A DNA stretch of 64,000 nucleotides. Source: Planctomycetota bacterium (GTDB lineage: Bacteria > Planctomycetota > B15-G4). The stretch is from the NCBI GenBank assembly GCA_038212275.1, contig JBBQUR010000006.1, positions 64,001 through 128,000 of the forward strand, written 5' to 3'. Shown here in pieces: positions 47,360 to 58,556 of the stretch. The position numbers and the translations under genes are program-made. Within the stretch, counting starts at the first letter, position 1. The number at the start of each line of letters is the position of its first letter. Below the pieces are notes generated by a model. It worked only from the letters and a program-made list of their open reading frames with translations. It made no database searches and had not been told where the DNA came from.

Positions 47360-48367
47360 ATGTTCGTCTACGTTCTGCGCCGCGTGCTCTGGATGGTGCC
47401 GACCATGCTCGGCATCACGTTCCTGCTGTTCCTCGTGATGCAGCTCGCGCCGGGCGATCCGGCCTCGGTGCTGTTCGGCAACGCGGGCGAGATGGGCGGT
47501 GCGAGCACGAACGCGGCGGGCGGCATCGAGGACGCGATCCGCAGGTTCCGCGAGCAGAATCACCTCGACGAGCCGATCCCGAGCCAGTACCTGCACTGGC
47601 TGAAGTCCGTCGCCATGCTGGACTTCGGCGCGGAGTTCGCGCGACCGAATGTGCGCATCATGGACGAGCTCGGGCGCCGGATGCAGGTCACCGTGCCGCT
47701 TGCCGTGATCTCCGTGCTGCTGAGCTACCTCATCGCGTTGCCGCTGGGCATTCTCTCCGCGGTCCGGCAGCGCTCGCTGCTCGACAAGTCGGCGACACTC
47801 GCGCTCTTCCTGCTCTACTCGCTGCCGCAGTTCTGGGTGGGCCTGATGCTGGTGCTCGTCTTCGGCGCCACCGGACTGCACTGGCTGCCCGTCATCGGCC
47901 TGCACGACAAGGACATCTCCCCCGACGCCGGCTGGGCGTACTGGAAGGATCTGCTGCTGCACGTGATCCTGCCGATCACGGTCCTGACCTTCGGCGGACT
48001 GGCGTACCTGTCGCGGCAGATGCGCGTCGGCATGCTCGAGGTCGTGCGGCAGGACTACATCCGCACCGCGCGCGCCAAGGGGCTCCCCGAGAGGACGGTG
48101 ATCATGCGCCACGCGCTGCGCAACTCGCTCATCCCGGTGGTCACCGTGTTCGCGACGATCCTGCCCGTGCTCATCGGCGGCTCCGTGATCGTCGAGCTGA
48201 TCTTCGACATTCCCGGCATGGGGCTCTACGCCTACGAAGGCCTGCTGAAGCGCGACTACAACGTGGTCATGGCGACCACCACGCTCTCGGCGCTGCTCAC
48301 GCTCTGCGGCTTCCTGATCTCGGACATCCTGTACGGCCTCGTCGATCCGCGGATCAGCTATGACTGA
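47360..48367 (+). CDS. peptide ABC transporter permease (OppB/DppB)
   Basis: APGDP, QDYIRTARAKGL, HALRNSL, LYGLVDPRI. Confidence 0.95.
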   Translation: MFVYVLRRVLWMVPTMLGITFLLFLVMQLAPGDPASVLFGNAGEMGGASTNAAGGIEDAIRRFREQNHLDEPIPSQYLHWLKSVAMLDFGAEFARPNVRIMDELGRRMQVTVPLAVISVLLSYLIALPLGILSAVRQRSLLDKSATLALFLLYSLPQFWVGLMLVLVFGATGLHWLPVIGLHDKDISPDAGWAYWKDLLLHVILPITVLTFGGLAYLSRQMRVGMLEVVRQDYIRTARAKGLPERTVIMRHALRNSLIPVVTVFATILPVLIGGSVIVELIFDIPGMGLYAYEGLLKRDYNVVMATTTLSALLTLCGFLISDILYGLVDPRISYD

Positions 48368-50108
48368 CGCACGAGATCCCCGGGCCGCGCCGCCCGGAGC
48401 CGCGGTCTACAGCAAGGACTACTGGGACCTGGTCCTCGCGCAGCTGCGCAAGCGGCCCTCGGTGCGCCTCTCGCTGGTGCTGCTCGCGCTGCTCTATGGC
48501 ACGGCGATCTACGCGCCCTTCCTCGCGGGTGACCGGCCGCTGATGATCCGTGCCACGGACGCGGCCAGCTACCGCAAGGCGCAGCGCCTGCTCGTGCCGA
48601 TCGCGACGAACTACCGCGGCCTGGTCGTGGCCGGCGAGGCGGGCTTTCATCCGCCGGCGGCGAAGCCCGGCGAGTCGGCGCAGAGCTTCGACAGCGCGCT
48701 GGCCGCGGAGGGGGACGCCCTGCGCCAGAAGGCGGAGCTCATGGCCGGCCAGCTCTCCCGCGAGGACGACGTGCTGCTGCGCGAACTGCTGGCCGCACTC
48801 GATGCGGCGGACCGAGCGACCGTCGGCCACGATGCCGCGGCGGCCGCGGCCGCCGGCGACCGGGCCGTCGAGCTGGCAAAGCGCGCCAAGGCGCAACTCG
48901 TGCCGACGGAAGCGGGCGCGGCTCCGGAGGCCGGGCGCAGCGTCACGCTGTGCGAACGCACGCTCTGGCCAGCCTTCGATGCGATCTCGCGCGGCGAGCT
49001 GTACTTCATGGGTCTGTGGCTGCTCGTGCTGAGCTGGCCGCTGTGGAATGCAGCCGTCAACCGCTGGCTGCTGCGTGGCGACCGCGAGGCGATCCGCCAC
49101 GCGCGCCGCCGCAAGGCGCTCGCGCTCGTCCTGCTGCCGCTGCTGCCGCTGCCCTTCTGGAGCAGCGACGCGGACCCGTTCGCGACCAGCCCGTACAAGG
49201 CGGGTCTTGGAAACGGCGACATCGTGGCCAGCAAGGTCGTCTTCCCGCTGCTGGCCTTTGGTCTCGCGGAGCAGAACGATGCGGAGTACTACCGCGCGCC
49301 CACCTGGCACGAGGACTCCGAGTTCGACGAGGCGGGGCGGCGCGTGCACGCCCGGCACGCTCCGGCCGCCACGGACTTCGCCGCGACAAGCTCTCCCGTC
49401 GAGGTGCGCTACGCCGAGCCCGCGCTGAACGCGGCCAGCCGGCATCCGCTGGGCACGGACACGCTCGGGCGCGACGTCCTCGTGCGCCTGATCTGGGGCG
49501 GGCGCGTCTCACTCTCGGTCGGCCTGGTGTCCACGCTCTTCCTCGTGCTCATCGGCGTCGTGCTCGGCGCGCTGGCCGGCTACTACGGCGGCGTCACGGA
49601 CCTGGTCATCTCGCGCATCATCGAGATCTTCCAGTGCTTCCCGGCCTTCTTCCTCATCCTGATCGTCGTGGTCTTCCTCGGGCCGAGCATCATCAACATC
49701 ATGGTCGTGCTGGGCATCACACGCTGGCCCGGCGTGGCGCGGCTCGTGCGCGGCGAGTTCCTGCGGCTGCGGGAGCAGGACTTCGTCGTGGCCAGCGAGG
49801 CGCTGGGCGTGCCCGAACGCCGCACGATCTTCCGGCACATCCTGCCCAATGCGATGGGGCCGGTGCTGGTGGCCGCGACCTTCAGCGTGGCCAGCGGCAT
49901 CCTCACGGAATCGGCCCTGTCCTTCCTCGGCTTCGGCGTGCTCGCGCCGGTGCCGAGCTGGGGCAGCCTGCTCACCGAGAACCGCTCGCCCGAGTACTGG
50001 TGGATCCAGATCTTCCCGGGTCTGATGATCTTCCTGACCGTCACCCTCTACAACCTGCTGGGCGAGGGCGTGTCCGACGCGCTCGACCCGCGACAGAAGA
50101 CCGCATGA
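48360..50108 (+). CDS. peptide ABC transporter permease (OppC/DppC) with large insertion
   Basis: [34 protein letters not shown]. Confidence 0.93.
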   Translation: MTDARDPRAAPPGAAVYSKDYWDLVLAQLRKRPSVRLSLVLLALLYGTAIYAPFLAGDRPLMIRATDAASYRKAQRLLVPIATNYRGLVVAGEAGFHPPAAKPGESAQSFDSALAAEGDALRQKAELMAGQLSREDDVLLRELLAALDAADRATVGHDAAAAAAAGDRAVELAKRAKAQLVPTEAGAAPEAGRSVTLCERTLWPAFDAISRGELYFMGLWLLVLSWPLWNAAVNRWLLRGDREAIRHARRRKALALVLLPLLPLPFWSSDADPFATSPYKAGLGNGDIVASKVVFPLLAFGLAEQNDAEYYRAPTWHEDSEFDEAGRRVHARHAPAATDFAATSSPVEVRYAEPALNAASRHPLGTDTLGRDVLVRLIWGGRVSLSVGLVSTLFLVLIGVVLGALAGYYGGVTDLVISRIIEIFQCFPAFFLILIVVVFLGPSIINIMVVLGITRWPGVARLVRGEFLRLREQDFVVASEALGVPERRTIFRHILPNAMGPVLVAATFSVASGILTESALSFLGFGVLAPVPSWGSLLTENRSPEYWWIQIFPGLMIFLTVTLYNLLGEGVSDALDPRQKTA

Positions 50109-51145
50109 GCGACCAGAGAACTCCGGCCGCGAACCACGAGCCGCGTGCGATGAACGACACGCTGCTCGAGATCCGCAACCTGGCCACGTGCTTCGACACT
50201 GACGACGGCGTCGTGCACGCCGTCGCGGGCGTGAGCTACCGCATCGCGAAGGGCGAGACGCTTGGCGTCGTGGGCGAGTCGGGCTGCGGCAAGAGCGTCA
50301 CGGCCATGTCCATCCTGCGGCTCAATCCGGTGCCGCCCACGCGCTACGTGGGCGGGCAGATCCTCTTCCGCGGACGCGACCTGCTCACGCTGCCCGAGCC
50401 GGAACTCCGGGCGGTGCGCGGCAACGAGATCGCGATGATCTTCCAGGAGCCGATGACCTCGCTGAACCCCGTGTACACGGTCGGCGCGCAGATCGCCGAG
50501 GTGCTCACGCTGCACCGCGGCATGAAGGCCGGCGAGGCGCGGGAGCACGCCATCGGCATGCTGCGCAAGGTGGGCATCCCGTCGCCCGAGACGCGCGTCG
50601 ACGAGTATCCGCACCAGATGTCCGGCGGCATGAAGCAACGCGTGATGATCGCGATGGCTCTGGCCTGCGACCCGGCGCTGCTCATCGCGGACGAGCCGAC
50701 GACCGCGCTCGACGTCACCATTCAGGCACAGATCCTCGAGCTGCTGCAGGAGATGCAGGCGCAGCTGGGCATGTCCATCCTGCTGATCACGCACGATCTC
50801 GGCGTGGTGGCCGAGACGGCCGACCACGTCGCGGTGATGTATGCAGGCCGCATCGTGGAGTACGCGGCCACCGACGAGCTCTTCGCGCGGCCGCTGCATC
50901 CGTACACGTGGGGGCTGTTCCAGTCGCTCCCGGAGATGCACGCGGCGGGCGACCGGCGCCTGCGCGAAATCCCGGGCACGGTCCCCAACCCGCTGCACCT
51001 GCCGAGCGGCTGCCCCTTCCGCACGCGCTGCAGCAACGCCATCGCCCGCTGCGCGCAGGAGGAGCCGCCGCTCGTGCCGCACGGCAAGGGCCATCTGCTC
51101 GCGTGCCACGTGCCGATGGACGTGCCGTCGGGGGTGTCCTCGTGA
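50105..51145 (+). CDS. peptide ABC transporter ATPase (OppD/DppD)
   Basis: [36 protein letters not shown]-terminal Cys cluster. Confidence 0.96.
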   Translation: MSDQRTPAANHEPRAMNDTLLEIRNLATCFDTDDGVVHAVAGVSYRIAKGETLGVVGESGCGKSVTAMSILRLNPVPPTRYVGGQILFRGRDLLTLPEPELRAVRGNEIAMIFQEPMTSLNPVYTVGAQIAEVLTLHRGMKAGEAREHAIGMLRKVGIPSPETRVDEYPHQMSGGMKQRVMIAMALACDPALLIADEPTTALDVTIQAQILELLQEMQAQLGMSILLITHDLGVVAETADHVAVMYAGRIVEYAATDELFARPLHPYTWGLFQSLPEMHAAGDRRLREIPGTVPNPLHLPSGCPFRTRCSNAIARCAQEEPPLVPHGKGHLLACHVPMDVPSGVSS

Positions 51146-52179
51146 GCGCGCCGCCTGCCGCGCCCGCTTCAGCCGCCGTCGCCGGTGCGCCGGGCCGTCC
51201 GCTGCTCGACGTGCGCGACCTGCGCAAGCACTTCCCGGTGCGCAAGGGGCTGTTCTCGCGCGTGGTCGCCAGCGTGAAGGCCGTGGACGGCGTGAGCTTC
51301 CACCTCGCTCCGGGCGAGACGCTCGGCCTCGTCGGCGAGTCGGGCTGCGGCAAGACCACGGTGGGACGCTCGATCCTGCGCCTCATCGAGCCCACCGGCG
51401 GCAGCGTGCGCTTCGACGGTCAGGACGTGCTGGCGGCGGGCCGCGACGAGCTGCGCGCCATGCGCCGGCACATGCAGATCATCTTCCAGGACCCGTACGC
51501 CTCGCTCAATCCGCGCATGTCCGTGGCGGACATCGTGGGCGAGGGTCTGCGCGTGCACGGCCTGGTGTCGGGCCGCGCGCAGCTGCAGGAGGCCGTGCGC
51601 GAGCTGCTCGTCAAGGTGCGCCTCGATCCGAGCTACGTGAACCGCTATCCGCACGAGTTCTCGGGCGGGCAGCGCCAGCGCATCGGCATCGCGCGCGCCC
51701 TGTCGCTGCGCCCGCGCTTCATCGTGTGCGACGAGGCCGTGTCCGCGCTGGACGTCTCGATCCAGGCGCAGATCATCAACCTGCTCATGGACCTGCGCGA
51801 CGAGTTCGGCCTCGGCTACCTCTTCGTCGCGCATGACCTCTCGGTGGTGCGGCACATCAGCCACCGCGTCGCGGTCATGTACCTCGGGCGCATCGTGGAG
51901 ACCGGCGCCACGGCCGACCTCTTCGCGCAGCCGAAGCATCCTTACACGAACGCCCTGCTCTCGGCCGCGCCGGTGGCCGACGCCCGTCGGCGCAAGCAGC
52001 GCATCATCCTGCGCGGCGACGTGCCCTCTCCGAAGAACCCTCCGCCCGGATGCGCCTTCCACACGCGCTGTCCCGCCGTGATGGAGATCTGCCGCAGCGA
52101 GGCGCCGCCGCTGCGCGATGTCGGCGGAGGCCACCACTACGCCTGCCACCTGCCGCCGGAGCGCGCGCCGCTCGGCTGA
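51142..52179 (+). CDS. peptide ABC transporter ATPase (OppF/DppF)
   Basis: [33 protein letters not shown]. Confidence 0.96.
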   Translation: MSAPPAAPASAAVAGAPGRPLLDVRDLRKHFPVRKGLFSRVVASVKAVDGVSFHLAPGETLGLVGESGCGKTTVGRSILRLIEPTGGSVRFDGQDVLAAGRDELRAMRRHMQIIFQDPYASLNPRMSVADIVGEGLRVHGLVSGRAQLQEAVRELLVKVRLDPSYVNRYPHEFSGGQRQRIGIARALSLRPRFIVCDEAVSALDVSIQAQIINLLMDLRDEFGLGYLFVAHDLSVVRHISHRVAVMYLGRIVETGATADLFAQPKHPYTNALLSAAPVADARRRKQRIILRGDVPSPKNPPPGCAFHTRCPAVMEICRSEAPPLRDVGGGHHYACHLPPERAPLG

Positions 52180-52356
52180 GCTAGCTCCTGGTGCGGCGCG
52201 TTCCCGGTGCGGCGCGTTCCGCACGCCGGCTCACCCGGGCCGCGACAAGGGTGGTATGGTGCCGCGCTCCCCCGAACGAACGGTCGCGCGACGGCGGCGG
52301 TCTGCCCGCCGTGCGACCGGTGTCTCCATGGCCGTGTCTCTCTCCGGGTTTCCTGC

Positions 52357-54936
52357 ATGCGCGCTCTCGTCATCGCGGCTCTCTTCACGCTCGTGTCGTC
52401 CTTCCCTGCCGCGCAGGCGCAACAGGCCGAGGCCGAGACGGGCGCGCCCCTGACCCGGCCCGCCTCGCTGGCGGTCCTCGCCGGCCCGCTTCCGTCGGAC
52501 ACCGTCGCGCTGCTGCGCAGGGCGCTCCCCTTTCACGGGGATTTCGGCGACTTCCTGCTCGTGCAGGCCGATGCCGGACAGCAGCGCTGGCTCGCGGAGC
52601 GGGGGCTGCACCCGCTGCTGCTCGGCGCCTGGCCTGCGGGCCGGCAGCTTGGCGTCGTCGATCCGGCCGAGTTGCCGGGCGATGCCACGCTGCTCTACGC
52701 GACCGCGCACTCGGCGCTCGTCGCGGTGGATGCAGGACACGGCTTCGCGACGGGCTGCCTGCACGGCGTGCCCGTCTCGCCGACGCGGCAGCGGCCGGGC
52801 GCGGCCTTCGTGATGCCGGCGGTGGCCGCCGCTCTTCCGGGCAGCGCCGCGCTGCTCGCGACCGATCCGCGCATCGCGCCGCTGCTGCCGCAGGTGAGCG
52901 CCTCGAACATCGAGGCCACGGTCGCGCAGCTCTCCTCGAACTTCACGCGCCGCGCCGACAGCGCGCAGGTGCTCGTCGCACGCGACTGGATCCTGGCGCA
53001 GCTCGCCGCGATCCCGGGCCTCACGGTCACGACCGAGACCTTCAACGGCAGCTACGCGCCCAACATCGTCGCGACGAAGACCGGCGCGGTGCATCCCGAG
53101 CGGCTGGTCATCCTGGGCGCGCACTACGACTCGATCAACGGCGCGGGCTCCTCGCTGGCGGCGCCCGGCGCGGACGACAATGCCTCGGGCTCGGCCGGCC
53201 TGCTGGAGGCCGCGCGCCTGCTCGCGCAGGGCAACTACGAGAACACGGTGCGCTGCGTCTGGTTCTGCGCCGAGGAATTGGGACTGCTCGGCAGCGAGGC
53301 CATGGCGGCGGCGCTCGACGCGCAGGACGAGCATGTCGTGGCCATGCTCAACATGGACATGATCGCGCACAGGGAGGCGGGCGATGCCTTCGACCTCGAC
53401 TTCGCCACGAACAACACGGATCCGTCGCTGGTGCAGTTCTGCCGCGACATCACGGCGGCGTACGTGCCCACGCTGCCCACCGTCACCGGCGTGCTCACGG
53501 CCGGCTCGTCGGACCATGCGCCGTTCGCGGGGCACGGCTTTCCGGCCGCGTTCTTCTTCGAGGACCTCACGCAGTTCAGCCAGGTGATCCACACCGCCAA
53601 CGATGCGCTTCCGTCCAGCCCCAACGACTTCACGCTGGCGCGGGCGATCACGCAGTCCTTCGTGGCCGCGGCGGCGACGCTCGCGTCGCCCGTGGACATG
53701 GCGCTGGTGCACGTCGCGCTGGCCGACAGCGCGGATTCGGGCGGCCCCTACGCGCTCCTGGCGGAAGCGACATCGCTGAGCGCGGCGAGCGTTGTCGCGG
53801 TGGAGGCGCACTTCAGCTTGAACGGCGGCGCGGAGCAGGTCGTGTCGCTGCTGCCGTCCGTGAACCCCGCATCGTGGGTGGGCTCGCTGCCCGGCGTCGC
53901 GGGCCACGGAGAAGTGCGCTACTGGCTGCTCGCCACCGACAGCGGCGGCTTTCAGCAGTGGCTGCCCGAGTCCTTCGCGCCGGGCGGCGCGACCTACGGC
54001 TTCTCCGTCGGCACCTACACGCCCGCGTACACCGAGGGCTTCGAGGGCGCCTCCGACGCCGGATGGACGCACGCCCAGCTGGCCACGCAGGACGACTGGC
54101 AGCGCGGCGCGCCGCAGGGCAAAGGTGGCGACCCGGCCGTCGCGGCCGCGGGCACGTCCGTGTGGGGCAACGACCTCGGCGGCAGCGGCTTCAACGGCAT
54201 CTACCAGCCGAACGTGAACAACTTCCTCGAGTCGCCGGCGCTCGACCTGAGCGGAAAGACCGGCCTGCACCTGCGCTACAAGCGCTGGCTCACCGTCGAG
54301 GACGCGCTCTTCGACCAGGCCACGATCAAGGTCAACGGCACGACGGTGTGGACCAACCCGGCGACGCCCGGCGGCGGCAGCAACACGGCGGACTCGGCGT
54401 GGACGCTGCACGACGTCGACATCTCGGCGCTCGCCGACGACAACCCTGCGGTGAAGCTGCGCTTCGGGCTGCAGTCGGACGGTGGCCTGGAGTTCGGCGG
54501 CTGGAACCTGGACGAGTTGCAGGTGTCGTCCGTCGGGCCGGGCGCCGTGGCCTCGCTCGTGACATCGGCGCTGCACGTCTCGGGGGCGGCGGGCGGCAGC
54601 GTGAGCTTTGCCGTCCACGGCGGGGCGGCGCGCGCCGGGCGCAAGTATCTGCTGGCGCTCTCCGCGTCCGGCTCGGCGCCGGGCACGCCGGCCGGCTCGG
54701 TCACGATTCCGCTCAACTTCGACGCCGTGACCTCGATCGGCTTCCAGTTCCTCAACACGCCGCTGTTCGCGAACTTCGGCGGCCTGCTCGACGCGTCCGG
54801 CAACGCGGCGGCGACCTGGATCGTGCCGCCGGGACTGCCCGCAGCCGCCGCAGGCGTGCCGCTGCAGTTCGCAGCCTTCACGCTCGGCCCGCTGGACTTT
54901 GCGACCAACGCGGTGAGCGTGACGCTGCAGCCCTGA
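52357..54936 (+). CDS. secreted M28 family zinc aminopeptidase with C-terminal beta-rich domains
   Basis: signal peptide; GAHYDS, GADDNASG, AEELGLLGS, NMDM, SDH, IHT. Confidence 0.92.
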   Translation: MRALVIAALFTLVSSFPAAQAQQAEAETGAPLTRPASLAVLAGPLPSDTVALLRRALPFHGDFGDFLLVQADAGQQRWLAERGLHPLLLGAWPAGRQLGVVDPAELPGDATLLYATAHSALVAVDAGHGFATGCLHGVPVSPTRQRPGAAFVMPAVAAALPGSAALLATDPRIAPLLPQVSASNIEATVAQLSSNFTRRADSAQVLVARDWILAQLAAIPGLTVTTETFNGSYAPNIVATKTGAVHPERLVILGAHYDSINGAGSSLAAPGADDNASGSAGLLEAARLLAQGNYENTVRCVWFCAEELGLLGSEAMAAALDAQDEHVVAMLNMDMIAHREAGDAFDLDFATNNTDPSLVQFCRDITAAYVPTLPTVTGVLTAGSSDHAPFAGHGFPAAFFFEDLTQFSQVIHTANDALPSSPNDFTLARAITQSFVAAAATLASPVDMALVHVALADSADSGGPYALLAEATSLSAASVVAVEAHFSLNGGAEQVVSLLPSVNPASWVGSLPGVAGHGEVRYWLLATDSGGFQQWLPESFAPGGATYGFSVGTYTPAYTEGFEGASDAGWTHAQLATQDDWQRGAPQGKGGDPAVAAAGTSVWGNDLGGSGFNGIYQPNVNNFLESPALDLSGKTGLHLRYKRWLTVEDALFDQATIKVNGTTVWTNPATPGGGSNTADSAWTLHDVDISALADDNPAVKLRFGLQSDGGLEFGGWNLDELQVSSVGPGAVASLVTSALHVSGAAGGSVSFAVHGGAARAGRKYLLALSASGSAPGTPAGSVTIPLNFDAVTSIGFQFLNTPLFANFGGLLDASGNAAATWIVPPGLPAAAAGVPLQFAAFTLGPLDFATNAVSVTLQP

Positions 54937-55015
54937 GCCTGGCAACGCGCCGGGCCAGCCCGACAGCCAGCCCGCGTTCCCGCTTGCTCGTCGGCCGGTC
55001 GACGCCAGGCGGCGC

Positions 55016-56032
55016 TCAGGCGAAGCGGCTGCCGCGCGGGTCCAGCGCGTCGCGCAGCGAATCGCCGAGCGCGTTGAGCGACGACAGCGTCGCCACGAGG
55101 GCGAGGCCCGGAAACACGATGAGCCACCAGCTCGTGGAGATCACCGTGAGCTGCTCGAGGCCCTCGCTCGCCAGCAGGCCCCAGCTCACGCCGGGCGCCT
55201 CGACGCCGAGGCCGAGGAAAGAAAGGAAAGCCTCGAAGAGCATGACGCGCGGCACGGTGAGCGTGAGGTAGATGCAGACCAGTCCCCACAGGTGCGGCAG
55301 GATGTGCCGCAGCATGATGTGGGTGTCGCCGCCGCCCAGCGCGCGTGCGGCGGCCACGAAGTCGCGCTCGCGCAGCGACAGCACCTGGCCGCGCACGATG
55401 CGCGCCATCGTGAGCCACGACACGGCACCGATGACCGCGTAGAGCACGACCTCGCGCGTGATCCCGAGCGCTGCGAGGCGCGTCGCATGCTCGCGCAGCA
55501 GCGCCACGATGAGGATCACGAGGAAGAGCAGCGGGATCGCGTAGAGCACGTCGACGATGCGCATGAGCACCGCGTCCACGCGACCGCCCGTGAAGCCGGC
55601 GACCAGGCCCCAGCTCACGCCGATCAGCACCGAGACGAGCGTGGCCAGCAGACCCACGAGCAGCGAGACGCGCGCGCCCCAGACCACGCGTGCGAACACG
55701 TCGCGCCCCAGAGCGTCCGTGCCGCAGAGGCCGGCCAGCTCGCGCTCGCCGAAGATCGCGCGGCGCACGGCGTCGGCCGCCGGGTGGTCCTCGGCTTGCA
55801 GCGCGGCCCGGGCCGGCTCGCGCAGTCTCCAGGCCGGCGACGGGGGCTGGCCGGAGCGCGCGGGGTCCATCGCCGACGGGTCGGGCAGCGGCAGCAGCGG
55901 AGCGCCCAGCGCGAGCAGCGTGACGGACACCAGCAGGCCGACGGCCGCGAGCGTGCCGCGGCGCCGCCGAAGCCGTGTCCAGAACGAGGGCCTCGACGGC
56001 GGCGGCTCCGCAGCCGGCGTCCCCGTGCTCAT
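55016..56032 (-). CDS. peptide ABC transporter permease (OppC), cluster 2
   Basis: GTDALGRDV, SLRERDFVAAARALG, RDALDP. Confidence 0.93.
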   Translation of the reverse strand: MSTGTPAAEPPPSRPSFWTRLRRRRGTLAAVGLLVSVTLLALGAPLLPLPDPSAMDPARSGQPPSPAWRLREPARAALQAEDHPAADAVRRAIFGERELAGLCGTDALGRDVFARVVWGARVSLLVGLLATLVSVLIGVSWGLVAGFTGGRVDAVLMRIVDVLYAIPLLFLVILIVALLREHATRLAALGITREVVLYAVIGAVSWLTMARIVRGQVLSLRERDFVAAARALGGGDTHIMLRHILPHLWGLVCIYLTLTVPRVMLFEAFLSFLGLGVEAPGVSWGLLASEGLEQLTVISTSWWLIVFPGLALVATLSSLNALGDSLRDALDPRGSRFA

Positions 56033-56946
56033 GCGACCTCGATGCGCGGGTCGAGCAGGCCGTAGGCCAGGTCCGCGAGCAGGTTGAAGCCGGAGACCAG
56101 CGCCGTGTAGACGATGACCACGCCGAGGGCGAGGTTGTAGTCCGCATTGAAGGCGGAGTCGACGAAGTGGCTGCCCATGCCGGAGATGGCGAAGACGCGC
56201 TCCACCACGAGCGAACCCGAGAGGATGCCTGCCGCCGCCGGGCCGACGTACGAGACGACGGGCAGCAGCGCCACGCGCGCCGCATGTCCCCACAGGATGC
56301 CCGACGGCGAGCGGCCCTTGGCGCGCGCGGTGCGGATCCAGTCCTCGCCGAAGGTCTCCAGCAGGCCTGCGCGGAAGAGGCGCGCGATCGACGCCGCGAA
56401 CGGCAGGCCGAGCGCGAGCGACGGCAGCACGAGCTGCGCGGGGCTGCCCCAGCCCGCGACGGGGAAGAGACGCCAGTGGAACGAGAACAGCAGCACGAGC
56501 ACGCCGGCCAGCACGAAGTTGGGCAACGCGATGCCGAGCGTGGCCGCGCCCATGACCCCCGTGTCGATCCAGCTGCCGCGGCGTGCGGCGGCCAGCGCAC
56601 CGGCCGTCAGCCCGACCGCCAGCGCGATGAGCAGAGCGAGGGCGCCGAGCAGCGCGGAGATGGGCAGGCTCTCGGCGAGGATCTGGCCGACGCTGTAGTC
56701 GCGGTAGCGCAGCGACGGCCCGAAGTTCCCGTGCAGCAGCCCGCCGACGTAGCGCGCGTACTGCTCGGGGAGCGGCGCGGCGAGGTCGTAGGCGGCCATG
56801 AGGTTGGCGCGGATCACGGGATCGAGGGCGCGGCTCTCGTCGAAGGGCCCGCCGGGCAGCGAGCGGACCAGCACGAAGGACAGTGTGACGACCGCGAAGA
56901 GGATGACCGCGGCCCACAGCAGTCGCGAGAGCAGCCAGCGCGTCAC
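56029..56946 (-). CDS. peptide ABC transporter permease (OppB), cluster 2
   Basis: LPGGPF, WIRTARAKG, LAYGLLDPRI. Confidence 0.93.
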   Translation of the reverse strand: MTRWLLSRLLWAAVILFAVVTLSFVLVRSLPGGPFDESRALDPVIRANLMAAYDLAAPLPEQYARYVGGLLHGNFGPSLRYRDYSVGQILAESLPISALLGALALLIALAVGLTAGALAAARRGSWIDTGVMGAATLGIALPNFVLAGVLVLLFSFHWRLFPVAGWGSPAQLVLPSLALGLPFAASIARLFRAGLLETFGEDWIRTARAKGRSPSGILWGHAARVALLPVVSYVGPAAAGILSGSLVVERVFAISGMGSHFVDSAFNADYNLALGVVIVYTALVSGFNLLADLAYGLLDPRIEVA

Positions 56947-58544
56947 GGCGCGTCCTCCGCGACGACGGAGAGGTCGCGCAGCGGGTGCACGTCGAGCAGG
57001 TTGTCGTGGAATCCGCGGACCGTCGGCGCCACGAGGTTCACGTTGGCGCGCTGGAAGATCGGCGCCAGGACGCAGGCGTCGACGAGGCGCTGCTCGGCGC
57101 GGGCCTGCAGCCGCGCGCGCTCGGCAGGGTCGGGGGCGCCGGCCGCCAGGCCGAGCAAGGCATCGTAGGTCGCGTCGGCGAAGTGGCTGCGGTTGTTGCC
57201 GCTCTCGCTGGCGAAGATGTCGAGGAACGCCTCCGGCGCGACGTAGTCGGCGGTCCAGACGCTCCACGACACGTCGTAGGCACCCCTGGTCTGGCTGTCG
57301 AGGAAGACCTTCCACGGCTGGGCCACGAGGCGGCAGCGCACGCCGAGCCGCTCGCGCCACTGCGCCGCGAGCGACTCGCACAGGTCGCGGGCGGTCTGCA
57401 GCTGAGGGTGCAGCAGCTCGAACACCGGGAAGCCGGCGCCTCCGGGGAAGCCGGCTTCGGCCAGGAGGTCGCGGGCGCGGGCCGGGTCGAAGCTCGGCCA
57501 GAGCGGCGGCTCGTAGCCGGACATGCCACGCGGCACGAAGGTGTCGGCGGCCGTCTCGCCGCCGCGCACGACGTCCCTGGCGATGCTCTCCCGGTCGAGA
57601 GCGAGGAGCAGCGCGAGTCGCACGCTGGGGTCGCTGAAGGGGGAGCGTTCGTGGTTGTAGCGGAGGAAGGTCAGGCCGCACTGCGGGCCGCGCAGGCAGT
57701 CGGGGCGTCCGAGCAGAGCGCCGTACAGGCCGGAGGGCGGCCGCACGACCCAGTCTGCGCTGCCGGTCAGGTACAGGTTCACCTGCGTCGTGCCCGAGTC
57801 GGCGGCCCAGGCGTCGATGCTGGCCAGCGCCACTTCGTCGCGGCCCCAGTAGCCGTCGAAGCGCTGCAGGCGCAGCCGGTCGCGCACGCGACGCTCCACG
57901 AGCCGGAAGGGCCCGTTGGTGACCAGGTGCTCGGGCGCGATCCACTGGCGGCCCCAGCGCTCCACGCAGGCGCGCTGCACGGTGCAGGCGAAGGGCAGGG
58001 CGAGGATGGCGGGCAACGCCGGCGTCGGGCGCTCGAGGCTGAGCACCAGCTCGGTGTCGGAGAGCGCCTCGACACCCAGGGCGCCGGCGTCGGGGGCGGC
58101 CGCGTGGCCGTACGCGAAGGCTCCCTTGAGGCACCAGAGCATCGGGGCATTGGGCGCCGCGGTGGACGGATGCAGCACGCGGCGCAGCGTGTAGGCCACG
58201 TCGTGCGCGGTGACGGGCGTGCCGTCGGTCCAGAGGCTGTCGGAGCGGACGTCGAAGCGGACGCTCAGGCCGTCCTCCGAGACGGTCCAGCGACTGGCCA
58301 TGCCGGGGAGCGCTTCGGCTGTCACCGGGTCCTGGCGCGTGAGGCCCTCGAACAGTGCCTGCACGATGCGCGCTTCGGGCACGCCCGTGATGCTGGCAGG
58401 GTCCAGCGACGAGATCTCCGCCTGGTTGCAGAAGCTGAAGTCGGCGGGCGCCCGCAGCGAGGCGCCGCCCCAGACCGCCACGGCGGCGAGGGCGCCGAGA
58501 GCCAGCAGGACCGCACCCGCGAGGCGGGCCCTTTCAGCGCGCAC
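56943..58544 (-). CDS. oligopeptide ABC substrate-binding protein (OppA-like), cluster 2
   Basis: EISSLDP, LFEGL, WTDGTPVTAHD, TNGPF. Confidence 0.92.
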   Translation of the reverse strand: MRAERARLAGAVLLALGALAAVAVWGGASLRAPADFSFCNQAEISSLDPASITGVPEARIVQALFEGLTRQDPVTAEALPGMASRWTVSEDGLSVRFDVRSDSLWTDGTPVTAHDVAYTLRRVLHPSTAAPNAPMLWCLKGAFAYGHAAAPDAGALGVEALSDTELVLSLERPTPALPAILALPFACTVQRACVERWGRQWIAPEHLVTNGPFRLVERRVRDRLRLQRFDGYWGRDEVALASIDAWAADSGTTQVNLYLTGSADWVVRPPSGLYGALLGRPDCLRGPQCGLTFLRYNHERSPFSDPSVRLALLLALDRESIARDVVRGGETAADTFVPRGMSGYEPPLWPSFDPARARDLLAEAGFPGGAGFPVFELLHPQLQTARDLCESLAAQWRERLGVRCRLVAQPWKVFLDSQTRGAYDVSWSVWTADYVAPEAFLDIFASESGNNRSHFADATYDALLGLAAGAPDPAERARLQARAEQRLVDACVLAPIFQRANVNLVAPTVRGFHDNLLDVHPLRDLSVVAEDAP

Positions 58545-58556
58545 GATGCGCGTCGG

